The translations under genes and the position numbers were made by a program. Positions 8,549 to 17,253 of a DNA stretch of 32,053 nucleotides are shown piece by piece. The notes under the pieces are model-generated. The model made no database searches and had not been told where the DNA came from. It saw only the letters and a program-made list of their open reading frames with translations. The stretch's first letter is position 1, and each line of letters opens with the position of its first letter. The DNA is taken from the IMG/VR virus record IMGVR_UViG_3300022741_000066, positions 1 to 32,053 of that record; one strand, 5' to 3'. The stretch comes from a virus. Its lineage: Duplodnaviria; Caudoviricetes.

Positions 8549-9559
8549 TCACTGGACGCGGATGTTCCGGAAGACCGCGGCGGCCTTCGTGGCCTTCAGC
8601 GCGACCGCGACGGGCCCGAGCTCGACCTCGCCCTTCTTCACCGCACCCGCGGTGTCGAAGTTCGGCAGCCAGGACTGCACGAGGCGCCCACCGACCGTGG
8701 ACACCCCGTGGAACCCGTCGAGGCCGACCCGGTAGGCGAACAGGTCCGTCAGCCCGGTCGTCGGGTCCTCGTCGTCGCCGACGGTGCGGCTGGCGATCGG
8801 GATGACCGGGTTGTTCGTACCGGCCTTCGCACCGGGGTCGGCGAACACGATCCCGCCGTACGTCTCGCGGACGATCGGCCGCCCGCCCGGGCCGACGAGG
8901 TCGTCGACCGGGTTGCGGGTGTACATCCCGGCGCGGCGGGCAGCGGCCCGGACGCGGGCCAGCGCCTTCGCGTTGCCGAGGATGACCGTCGGGGTGCCGT
9001 CGAGCAGCGCGAGGAACTCGTCGATCGCGTCGAGGGCCTTGTGCTCGGCGCGGGTGCTCGAGTCGAAGTCCCGCCAGTCCGTGACCTCGTCGGCACGGAA
9101 CTCCGTGCTGCTGCCGGTCAGGGCCTTGTCGAGACCGTCGAAGCCGTTGGCGTCGGTCGCGACGTCGCCGTTGATGACGAGGTCCGCGAACTGCGCGTTC
9201 GCGGCCTTGATCTTCTGCTGCATGTTCAGCGTGACGGCGTTCGACGCGGCCGGGCCGATCTGCGCGATGACACGGTCGACCTCGAACGACCCGCCGAGCA
9301 CGGCCAGCGTGACCGTGTGCTTCGACGTGGTCACGTTCTGCGGCGTGTACTCCGCGTTCAGCGCACGGGTCGACGCGGTCGCCTGCGTGGCGAGACGCCG
9401 GTACCCGTAGTCGAGGGTCGCGCCGCCACCGGCGGGGTTGACGACGTCGTCGAAGATCAGGGAGTCAGCGACGGCGGACTCCTTGCGGAACTCGTCGATG
9501 ACGGCCGGGTCGTAGTCGGTCGCCGCGTTGTTCTTGGACTCGGCCAGGGAGACGGCCAT
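8549..9559 (-). CDS. Major capsid protein
   Basis: 336 aa, GGAGG RBS; MAVSLAESK...LGGSFEVDRVIA...INGD...FDGLDKAL...KATKAAAVFRNIRV; follows the scaffold gene. Confidence 0.93.
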   Translation of the reverse strand: MAVSLAESKNNAATDYDPAVIDEFRKESAVADSLIFDDVVNPAGGGATLDYGYRRLATQATASTRALNAEYTPQNVTTSKHTVTLAVLGGSFEVDRVIAQIGPAASNAVTLNMQQKIKAANAQFADLVINGDVATDANGFDGLDKALTGSSTEFRADEVTDWRDFDSSTRAEHKALDAIDEFLALLDGTPTVILGNAKALARVRAAARRAGMYTRNPVDDLVGPGGRPIVRETYGGIVFADPGAKAGTNNPVIPIASRTVGDDEDPTTGLTDLFAYRVGLDGFHGVSTVGGRLVQSWLPNFDTAGAVKKGEVELGPVAVALKATKAAAVFRNIRVQ

Positions 9560-9573
9560 GGTTGACCTCCAGG

Positions 9574-10356
9574 TCAGGAGTTGCCGTAGTGCGCCTCGAC
9601 GGCGCCGGCGAGGGTGGTGGGCTTCTTCGATCCCTCACCGGTCCCGCCGGTGTGGTCGACGCTGCTCGCAGCTGCCACCGGGGCGGCCTTGAGCGTGGGG
9701 TTCTCGGTCACGGCGGCCTGCGCGGCCGCGATGACCTTGGTGGTGAAGTCCTCGGCCGTGGGGTCGAGGGTCGCGACCTTCGCCAGGAAGGTGCGGGAGT
9801 CGGTGAGCGCGGCGGGGTTACCGCCGTGCTGTGCGGCGGTGCGGTACACGGCGAGCTCGACGGCGGACTGCTGCGCCTGCTTCTGTGCAGCGGTGACCTG
9901 CTCGGCGAGCTGCTCGGCCGTGGGGGTGCCCTGCCCGTCGGTGACGAGACCGAGGGCCTTGCCGAGGTCCTGCACGAGTGCGTCGCGGGCCTCCTGCGCG
10001 GCGGTGGCCTTCGCGTTGGTGCGCGACGACGCGTTCTCGCGGCGCAGGCGCGCGATCTCGGCCTTCAGCGCTGCGGGGTCGTCGGGGAGCGTCTCGCCGC
10101 CCTGCGTGCCCTCCTGTGCGCCCGTGGCGGCCGCGGCGCCGACGCTGGCGGTGCTGGTCTGCGCGGCAGCCTGCTCCGAACCGGCAGTGCCGGTCGTGCC
10201 GGACGCCTCCGCGGTACCGGTGGCCTCACCGGGCGCCTCCATGCGGGCGTCGCCGAACGTCTGCCGGTGGAAGGCGAGCAGCTGGTCGACGAAGTCGGGC
10301 GCCGCCATGTCGACGACGGTCGTGGCCGGGATGTACGCGGGGATGGTGCGGGACAC
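9574..10356 (-). CDS. Capsid scaffolding protein
   Basis: AGGAGG RBS before GTG at 10356; low-complexity N-terminus, coiled coil (EIARLRRENASSR), DSRTFL motif; directly upstream of the capsid gene. Confidence 0.85.
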   Translation of the reverse strand: MSRTIPAYIPATTVVDMAAPDFVDQLLAFHRQTFGDARMEAPGEATGTAEASGTTGTAGSEQAAAQTSTASVGAAAATGAQEGTQGGETLPDDPAALKAEIARLRRENASSRTNAKATAAQEARDALVQDLGKALGLVTDGQGTPTAEQLAEQVTAAQKQAQQSAVELAVYRTAAQHGGNPAALTDSRTFLAKVATLDPTAEDFTTKVIAAAQAAVTENPTLKAAPVAAASSVDHTGGTGEGSKKPTTLAGAVEAHYGNS

Positions 10357-10406
10357 GCTGACCTCCTGGGTCGGGATGGGCCCCGGCGCCGGGCCGGGCA
10401 TGACGA

Positions 10407-10436
10407 AGGCCCCGACACCAGGGCGGTGCGGGGCCT
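10407..10436 (-). terminator. Hairpin between minor capsid and scaffold genes
   Basis: AGGCCCCG..CACC / GGTG CGGGGCCT stem, followed on the minus strand by TCGTCATGCCC. Confidence 0.45.
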
Positions 10437-10503
10437 CAGAAACGGCAATCGGGCATAGGGCGAGGACCGGCTGCGCTGCCAATCCTGGCTGCGGGACCGG
10501 CCC

Positions 10504-11688
10504 TCACAGCCAGAATACGGAACCAGCACGCGGGACACCGACCGCATCCGCGGTGGCGCGGCGGCCGAGGTTGACCTGCTCGCGGTACCGCTTGCGGTTC
10601 AGCCCGGTGGCGTCGACGTGCTCGCGGATGCGCCGCTGCAGGTCCCGCACGGCGGTGTTCGCGCGCCGCCGCCCGTCCGGGGTGACCGCCGCCGCGGCGT
10701 CGATCTTCGCCTTGCGGACCTCACGCTCCAGGTACCGCAGATGCTCACGCTGCTGCTCGAGCTCCGGGTCGTACGTCGTCGCGTCCACCACGACCGGCAG
10801 ACCAGGCACGAACGCAACGGTCGTGCACCGGCAGTTCGGGTGCTGCCACCCCTGGTCGCGTGCCTGCTCGAGCGTCCCCGCGACCACCACCGTGACGGTG
10901 CCCGACCCGACCGCTGACGGGACAACCACCCGACCGGTCGAGCCCGCGCCGATCCGCACGACCTTGCCCGCCCACTGCGCGCACGACTGACACCCGTCCG
11001 ACCCGACGACCACGCTGACGAGGTCGGTCCCGTTGTCGACGAGCGTCTGCTCGTGCTGTGCGTTCCACGCCCTGCGTGCGGCCGTGCGCGTCGCCATCTC
11101 CACGTACGTCGCCGAGTTCCAGCGACGCCCGGCCTTGTCGATGAACGCCGGCGCGCCACGGCGGATGAGGTCCTGCCAGGCGGCGGCCTGCGCGGTGCGG
11201 GTCGTCTGCCCGAGCCCGAGCAGCAGCCGCGACGTCGGCCCGGCGATGACCTGCCGGTACACGTCGTCCGGCCACCGCAGGATCCGCCGCGTCACGTCGT
11301 CGAACGCGGACGTCAGGTCCAAGGTGAGGGCCTGTGCTGCGAACGCACCTCGTGCGACCGAGGTCGTGCGCACGAGGGCGGGGACGTCGCCGAGGGCCGC
11401 GAGCTCGTCGAGTGCGGCGGCGACACCGCCCGCTGTGGCTGCCTCAAGGATCGCGGCGACCTGCTCGGATGTGGCGGCGCGCAGGGCTGCGGCGACCTGC
11501 TGGGCCGCGGCGCGCAGCTCGCTGATCCGCAAGAGCGTGTCCGCGGTGTCCGCACCCGTCTCAAGGCCGGCGGCGACCTGCACGGAGATCGCCCGCTGCA
11601 GTGACGCTTCCGCATCGGCGAACATCCCCGCGAGGTCGGCGATCGCCTTGTCGAGCGCGTCACGGTCGTCAGGCCACCAGACGGCCAC
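10504..11688 (-). CDS. Phage minor capsid protein (minor capsid 2 / MuF-like)
   Basis: FIDKAGRRW..TYVEMATRT, CQSCAQWAGKV, GWQHPNCRC and QREHLRYLEREVRKAK motifs; directly after the portal gene. Confidence 0.88.
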   Translation of the reverse strand: MAVWWPDDRDALDKAIADLAGMFADAEASLQRAISVQVAAGLETGADTADTLLRISELRAAAQQVAAALRAATSEQVAAILEAATAGGVAAALDELAALGDVPALVRTTSVARGAFAAQALTLDLTSAFDDVTRRILRWPDDVYRQVIAGPTSRLLLGLGQTTRTAQAAAWQDLIRRGAPAFIDKAGRRWNSATYVEMATRTAARRAWNAQHEQTLVDNGTDLVSVVVGSDGCQSCAQWAGKVVRIGAGSTGRVVVPSAVGSGTVTVVVAGTLEQARDQGWQHPNCRCTTVAFVPGLPVVVDATTYDPELEQQREHLRYLEREVRKAKIDAAAAVTPDGRRRANTAVRDLQRRIREHVDATGLNRKRYREQVNLGRRATADAVGVPRAGSVFWL

Positions 11689-11692
11689 GGGT

Positions 11693-13234
11693 CTACTCCG
11701 TGATCGCGAAGGGGTCGCCCACAGGCACGCCACGCTCGCGCAGGATCGCCACAGCCTCAGCGTCGACGCGGACGGCGTCCCAGTCAGGGTGCACGAGAGC
11801 CACGAGCGTGCGTGTGGACGCAGCTTCGGCGGCGCGCAATGCCGCGGCCGTCTGCGCCGCCTGCAGCGGCGTCTCCCAGATCCCGTCGGGGAACGACACC
11901 GTGAGGCCGGTCCCCTCGTGACGCTGGTGGAACACGTCGGCGTTGACGCTCAGGAGCTTGCCGACGAGCTCCTGCAGTGCGGGCCGCCACAGACGCAGCT
12001 TGCGACCCCGGGTCTTCAGGGAGCGGGACTCACGGGCCATGACCTCGGTCGCGGTCGTCTGCGACGTCTCACCCTGCTCGCCGAACGTCTGCACGGAGTA
12101 CCCCGCGGACTGCACGATCCGGTCGGACCACTCCTGCGCGGACGCCCGGTGCTCCTCGAACCGGATCGCGAACTGCACGGGGGTGATCGGCGCGTCACCT
12201 TCTTCGGCGGCCGCGAGCTTCAGCGGTGCGAAGACCTCACGGTCGAGGTCCATGCTCGCCCCGGCGCCGGGCCCGTTGTCGTCGAGCATGTACCGGGCCA
12301 CGACGAGCCGCGCCTTCGCGAGCCGGATGTCACGCATCCACGCGGCGTGGATCTCGTCGAGGTCATCGAGGAGCGACTCGATGCCGTCGATGTCTGCGGC
12401 GCCGAGCCCGCCAGCGGGAGCGACGCCGCGCCACGCCTTCGCGGTCGCAGGGTCGGTGTTCGGGATGTACACCACGGACAGGCCCGGGGTGCGCCCGGCG
12501 GCGACGTACCCGTCAGCGGCGACAGCGTCCGCGAGGGGCGCGGTCGCGGCCTTGTCGGTCAGGGGTACGGGGCGCCCGAGCCGGTCGGGGCTGCCCTGGT
12601 ACAGGCCGTGCTGGATGACACCGATGCCGGTGGGGAGCAGCTCGTGGCGCTCGAGGTGCCGCCACACGGTGGACCCGTCCCGGTCGACGACGTGCCAGAA
12701 CGTGACCGCCCGCAACCGCCCCCAGGTGAACTCGGGGACGGCCTCGTCGGCGGGGACGACGGTGACGAACGCGTGGTCGGCGACGGCGGGGTCCCAGGTG
12801 ACCCGCAGGTACACGCCGCCGAGCGCGGCGGCGGCTTCAGCGCCACCCGTGAGCGTCGCGAACAGCGGGTCGGCGAGGGTGTCGTCGAGGTACCCCTGGG
12901 TGGTCGTGTCCTCGACGTGGATCGTCGGCGGCTCGGAGAACAGCAGGTCCGCGCTGGTGCGGGCGATGTCCGCGGCGAGGGGCACGTGCGTGAAGTCCTG
13001 CCGCTGCCCGCTGTTCTGGGGGCGGCCCCACCAGAACCGGGCGGCCGCACCGACGACCCCGCCGCGCAGCTGTGACGGTCGGGTCACGGGCCCGCGGGTG
13101 GGTCCGCCGGTGCGGTAGACGGCGGTGAGCTGGTCGGGGTTGCCGGTCCACCAGGCGGACCACGCGGTGAGCGTCGGGGTGATCTGCTCGAGGTGCTTGG
13201 GGGGCCACGCGGTGTCGGTGGTGGGCAGCGGCAT
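11693..13234 (-). CDS. Portal protein (SPP1 gp6 / A118-like)
   Basis: GAGGAGG RBS, ATG at 13234 (MPLP...WPP); HVPLAADIARTSADLLFSEPP, GYSVQTFG and TATEV motifs. Confidence 0.93.
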   Translation of the reverse strand: MPLPTTDTAWPPKHLEQITPTLTAWSAWWTGNPDQLTAVYRTGGPTRGPVTRPSQLRGGVVGAAARFWWGRPQNSGQRQDFTHVPLAADIARTSADLLFSEPPTIHVEDTTTQGYLDDTLADPLFATLTGGAEAAAALGGVYLRVTWDPAVADHAFVTVVPADEAVPEFTWGRLRAVTFWHVVDRDGSTVWRHLERHELLPTGIGVIQHGLYQGSPDRLGRPVPLTDKAATAPLADAVAADGYVAAGRTPGLSVVYIPNTDPATAKAWRGVAPAGGLGAADIDGIESLLDDLDEIHAAWMRDIRLAKARLVVARYMLDDNGPGAGASMDLDREVFAPLKLAAAEEGDAPITPVQFAIRFEEHRASAQEWSDRIVQSAGYSVQTFGEQGETSQTTATEVMARESRSLKTRGRKLRLWRPALQELVGKLLSVNADVFHQRHEGTGLTVSFPDGIWETPLQAAQTAAALRAAEAASTRTLVALVHPDWDAVRVDAEAVAILRERGVPVGDPFAITE

Positions 13235-13302
13235 CGGGCGGCACCTCCTCGTGTCGGTGGTCGATGGGAAGGTGCGAGCACCAACGAGGAAGGGGGTCCA
13301 AC

Positions 13303-13824
13303 GTGGACACCAGTGATGCACGGGCGCGCGTGGAGCGTGTGGTCAAGCTGCAGGAGCAGATCGAGGCGGCGACGCTCGTCTGGAAGCCTGCGCCGGTGAC
13401 GGCTGGCCTGATCGACAGCGCGGCTGGCGGGGAGGTCGCACTGGCGACCGTTCCGCTCGAACGTGTCGTCGGAGACGGCGAGACGACGACCGCGCGTGTC
13501 GCGGTCGTGACCGAGTCATTCGTCGTCCTCGCGTCCTTCACCGACGCGTGGCCGGCCGAGACCTGGGGTGATCCGGTCACCGATGGGCCGGTCGTGCTCC
13601 AGGTGTTGCGACGGTCGAGCATCATCGATCTTCGGGTCGAACTCGACGGAGTGACCCGGTCCGGGGACCGGTCGGACGTCCCGCTCGGCCGAGTGCCGAA
13701 GGCCGCCCGCGTCACCGCCCGGTTCCGCGACACGGACCAGGTCCTCACCTTCACCGGGACCCTGCCGCCGTTCGACGTGCAGGCGGTGTACGCCGAGCTG
13801 CTGGCGGGCCTGCGAGCGTCCTAG
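13303..13824 (+). CDS. Antisense 'moron' protein of unknown function (173 aa)
   Basis: AGGAAGGGGG RBS before GTG at 13303; normal globular composition; fills the terL-portal gap; its TAG overlaps the terL TAG in CTAG (13821-13824). Confidence 0.75.
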   Translation: MDTSDARARVERVVKLQEQIEAATLVWKPAPVTAGLIDSAAGGEVALATVPLERVVGDGETTTARVAVVTESFVVLASFTDAWPAETWGDPVTDGPVVLQVLRRSSIIDLRVELDGVTRSGDRSDVPLGRVPKAARVTARFRDTDQVLTFTGTLPPFDVQAVYAELLAGLRAS

Positions 13825-15146
13825 TCGGTGTCGTCACCCGGTGCCGTGTCGGCCGCCGGCGCGAGGGGAATCAGGTCCCGCCAGTCCAGGCGGGTCGTGT
13901 AGACCGCGTACCGCAGTGCGTCGACCTCGTCGTCGTCGGCCTTCACCGGTTCGTCCTGCCCCCGCGCGGTCGCCTTGTCGGACCACACGTACCCGCCGAT
14001 CCGGTCGATGAGGTGTGTGCACGTGTCGGCGACGACGAGCCGGTCGGTCGCCAGGAGCGCGGAGATCGTGCGAATGCCGGGCAGGACGGCCTTGTGGGCG
14101 TTGCGGACTCCGCGCACACCGTCGTGCTGCAGCTGGTTGCGGAACGACGCGGCGGCGGAGTCGACAGCGACCCACTCGGGTGTGCGCCACGCGTCGACGG
14201 GCTGGCGTGCGAGCCAGGTCCGGAACCGGGCGGACTGCTCACCCTGGGTCGCGGCGCCGGGCGCCCACTCGGCGAGCACGTACAGCCGGTGCTCACTGGT
14301 GTGCCCGTCGCGCAGGTCGGGACCGAGCCCGAGGAGGTACCCGCGGGTGTGGTGGGTGTCGCCGTAGTCGACACCCACGGCCAGGACCCGGTCCATGGTC
14401 GGGAACGCGGCGGCGGGTGCGACGTGGCGGGCCGGGTCCCAGGTCTCGTAGATCGCGCCGGCGGCTTGGACCCACTCGCCGAGGATGAACCGCCGGTACC
14501 AGAGGCCGACGTACTCGCGGCACACCTGCGCGACGTAGGCCGGGTCGAGGTGCGTGTTGTCCGTGAGTCGGAACCGGAACACCTGGTAGCCGAGCGCGTC
14601 GGCACGGTCGACGACCTGCTTCTTCAGCCAGTGCGCGGGCCCGTCGGGGTTGGTGGTGGCGAACAGGCGCGCGCCGGGGACGGACATGCGCCCGAGGAGC
14701 TGCGTCCAGAACGCTTCGGAGACGAGGGTGGCTTCGTCGACGTACGCCCCGGCGACGGTCAGGCCGCGCAGGACCATCTCGGCGCGGGCGTCGGACGCGC
14801 CAAGTACGTGCACGGTGCGGCCGAGGATCTGCGCGGTGGGGGCGCCCGCGGTGTAGGTGACGTGCCGGGCGAGCGCACCGAACAGGCTGACGTCTTGCAG
14901 GGGTCCGAAGACGTTGCGGGCGATGGACTCGCGGGTTCGGCCGACGACGACGAGCGCACCACCGTGGGGGGCGTGCGCGACGAAGATCAGCCACGCGAGG
15001 AGGGACGCGATGGTCTTCCCGGACCGGATGCTGCCGGTCCAGAGGTTGACGCGTGCGGTCGCGCGGGCGATGGACCAGACCTGCCGCGGGGACAGGCCGG
15101 CGAGCACCGCGGCGATGACGGCCGCGGACGCGACGACGACGGTCAT
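13821..15146 (-). CDS. terL: Terminase large subunit (PBSX-like)
   Basis: Walker A GSIRSGKT, Walker B AYVDEA, TTNPDGP, nuclease VGVDYG, DDDEVDALRY; ATGA-coupled to the upstream gene. Confidence 0.95.
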   Translation of the reverse strand: MTVVVASAAVIAAVLAGLSPRQVWSIARATARVNLWTGSIRSGKTIASLLAWLIFVAHAPHGGALVVVGRTRESIARNVFGPLQDVSLFGALARHVTYTAGAPTAQILGRTVHVLGASDARAEMVLRGLTVAGAYVDEATLVSEAFWTQLLGRMSVPGARLFATTNPDGPAHWLKKQVVDRADALGYQVFRFRLTDNTHLDPAYVAQVCREYVGLWYRRFILGEWVQAAGAIYETWDPARHVAPAAAFPTMDRVLAVGVDYGDTHHTRGYLLGLGPDLRDGHTSEHRLYVLAEWAPGAATQGEQSARFRTWLARQPVDAWRTPEWVAVDSAAASFRNQLQHDGVRGVRNAHKAVLPGIRTISALLATDRLVVADTCTHLIDRIGGYVWSDKATARGQDEPVKADDDEVDALRYAVYTTRLDWRDLIPLAPAADTAPGDDTD

Positions 15147-15607
15147 GCGACCCACTCCCAGCGGACGCGCTCGACGCCGCCGGTCGCCCTCGGACTGCGC
15201 GGCCGGCTGACAGAGTGGGTAGACCAGTCGCCTCGCGCGCGCAGCTCAGCAACGCGACGAGCGCCCGCAGCGCGCAAACTCGCACCGGACTCGTCGGCCC
15301 TGGTGTAGGTGACCATCCGTCGGTAGCCGAGCGCTCGCGCAGCCCGCCACGCGGCGCCGTACAGCATCGAGTTAGCGTTGGGGCAGCCGTCAGTGCACGT
15401 GCGGTTGACCTCGACGGTCAGTCCGTCGTCGAGCGCGCGGGCGACAGGCCGGCCTACCGTGGCGACGCCGCGGAGCGCGCCGTCGTCGTCGAGGACGCTC
15501 AGCGAGAACCGATGCCCGACGGGCGGCGCGTTGTGCCGATGGTGCGCTCGTACGTACTCGCGCGCGGCGGCGAGCGTGATGGGCGCGACGCGGAGGCGGC
15601 CGCTCAC
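15143..15607 (-). CDS. XF1762-family (Mom-like, GNAT-fold) protein
   Basis: HHRHNAPPVGHRFSL, VGRPVARALDDGLTVEVNRTCTDGCPNANSMLYGAAWRAARALGY..VTYT...ESGASLRAAG; GTGA and ATGA overlaps at both ends. Confidence 0.8.
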   Translation of the reverse strand: MSGRLRVAPITLAAAREYVRAHHRHNAPPVGHRFSLSVLDDDGALRGVATVGRPVARALDDGLTVEVNRTCTDGCPNANSMLYGAAWRAARALGYRRMVTYTRADESGASLRAAGARRVAELRARGDWSTHSVSRPRSPRATGGVERVRWEWVA

Positions 15608-16119
15608 GCCGGCTCCTGGTCGCCGAGCTTGTCGGCGGCGGCGGCGATCGCCGCGGCGATCCCGTCGAGCATGCCGACGGCCTCGGCGACTCCCTGGTCG
15701 GCGTCCATCCGCTCGAGGCGTTCGATCGCACCGACGAGGGTGTTCACGGTCTGCGCGAGCTTCAGCTTGTCGGCGTGGGGCGGCTCCGCGAGGGTCCGTT
15801 CCTCGTAGGTGTTGTCCTTGCCGCCGAAGTTGAACACGACGGTCGGCGCCCACAGCTGGGTGCGGACACGCTCAGCGTCGGCGAGCAGGTCCGAGCGCAG
15901 GGTCGCGCGGCGTGCGCGGGCGTCGGTGACACGGGCGTGGGTGGCGGCGGCGGTGCGGGTGCGGTCTGCGGCGGACAGGCCGAGGTGTGCGAGGCGGCGG
16001 GCGACGGCGGTCTTGGACCGGTTGAGGTCGAGGGCCATGGCGCGCACGGACGTCTCGGCGGTGTGGAGCTCGCGGAGGCGGTCGTCGTCGTCGGCGGTCC
16101 AGGTGGAGCGGTTGGACAC
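15604..16119 (-). CDS. Probable terminase small subunit (N-terminal HTH)
   Basis: AGGTGAG RBS, GTG at 16119; WTADDDDRLRELH...SVRAMALDLNRSKTAVARRL HTH; FNFGGKDNTYEE; first gene of the packaging operon. Confidence 0.75.
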   Translation of the reverse strand: MSNRSTWTADDDDRLRELHTAETSVRAMALDLNRSKTAVARRLAHLGLSAADRTRTAAATHARVTDARARRATLRSDLLADAERVRTQLWAPTVVFNFGGKDNTYEERTLAEPPHADKLKLAQTVNTLVGAIERLERMDADQGVAEAVGMLDGIAAAIAAAADKLGDQEPA

Positions 16120-16179
16120 GGCGCTCACCTGCCTTGGGCCGGGCGGCACCCGCGCCTGGCGTGGTGTCGCGTGGGCATG

Positions 16180-16220
16180 CGAAGAGCCCACGGCGCAGGG
16201 GGTACGCGGTGGGCTCTTCG
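16180..16220 (-). terminator. Hairpin in the late-operon leader
   Basis: CGAAGAGCCCAC / GTGGGCTCTTCG, a 12-bp inverted repeat in the intergenic gap. Confidence 0.55.
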
Positions 16221-16243
16221 ACAGTTGTGGTGATCCTGACGGA

Positions 16244-16273
16244 ATGGTGCGTGACAGGTGTGTGAGCCGTCAA
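16244..16273 (-). promoter_or_regulatory. Candidate late promoter
   Basis: TTGACG (16273-16268), 18-nt spacer, CACCAT (16249-16244), upstream of terS. Confidence 0.35.
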
Positions 16274-17208
16274 GCCGTGAGCGTGGGGCGCACTGGCACG
16301 GCACGCTCGGCGACGAGGTCGAGGACGTCCCCGACCCGGTACAAGGGCCGCCCACGCCGGTCCGCACGCGGCCGGCCCTGCTCGTCGACGGCGACGGCGA
16401 GGACCCGTCGACGCTTCCACTGGCGGATCCGGTCAGCGGTGACCGGGACACCGAGCCCGTCGATCGCGCGGGCGAGGTCAACGGCAGGCAGGACGTGGTC
16501 CTCGAGCTGCTCGAGGAGGGTCTGCTGCCGGACGGACACGTCCCAGGTGGTGCCGCAGCGTGGGCACTCGACGGTGGCGCACCCGTCGTGGGCATAGAGC
16601 TGCTCGGTGCACGTCGTGGGGACCAGCGACGGGACGGGTGCGCCGGTGTCGTCGACGGCGCCGAGCCGCATGGGTGTCTCGATGAGCGCACCGCAGGTCC
16701 CGACGAACACACGGTCGGCGGGCCGGTCGATCGCGGTGCGCGCGTGACGGAGTGCGGCGCTGAGCTCGTCGATGGCCTGCGGGCCGGTGGGGTGGCGGGC
16801 GAGCCACCTGGTGGCGTCGCGCAGGTACTCGCCGATGCCAGCCCAGGTGGTGGGCAGGGTGTGGCCGCGCACGGCGGTGATCCAGTCGGCCCACGCGACG
16901 AGCGTGTTGCGGGTGACGAAGATCGCGTCGGCGGCGCCGAGGTGCACGACGAGCGGGGTGGTGGCGGCGGTGAGCGGGGCGGGGTGCGGGTCGTCGTCGA
17001 TGTCGGGGGTGGCGGGGCCGGTGCTGGCGTAGCGGGTGGTGAAGACGGCTTGGCGGGTGAGGGTGGTGTCGAGGTCGCCGAACAGGCCGGGCAGGTCGGT
17101 GAGCAGGCCGCGTAGGCGCCCGGTGCAGCTGCGGCAGGCGTACTGGTCGGGGTCGAGGGTGGGTGCGCCGTCGCGGTGGGTGAGGGGGCAGACGTGCGGG
17201 TCGGCCAT
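16270..17208 (-). CDS. Zn-finger/HTH protein, probable late-gene transcription regulator
   Basis: CRSC, FVGTCG...C...ECPRCG, and C-terminal ADRIRQWKRR...PLYRVGDVLDL; last gene before the terminase operon. Confidence 0.75.
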   Translation of the reverse strand: MADPHVCPLTHRDGAPTLDPDQYACRSCTGRLRGLLTDLPGLFGDLDTTLTRQAVFTTRYASTGPATPDIDDDPHPAPLTAATTPLVVHLGAADAIFVTRNTLVAWADWITAVRGHTLPTTWAGIGEYLRDATRWLARHPTGPQAIDELSAALRHARTAIDRPADRVFVGTCGALIETPMRLGAVDDTGAPVPSLVPTTCTEQLYAHDGCATVECPRCGTTWDVSVRQQTLLEQLEDHVLPAVDLARAIDGLGVPVTADRIRQWKRRRVLAVAVDEQGRPRADRRGRPLYRVGDVLDLVAERAVPVRPTLTA

Positions 17209-17253
17209 GGGGTCTCCGTGCCTTGTTGCGGGTTGGACAAGCGTTCAGGGTTG

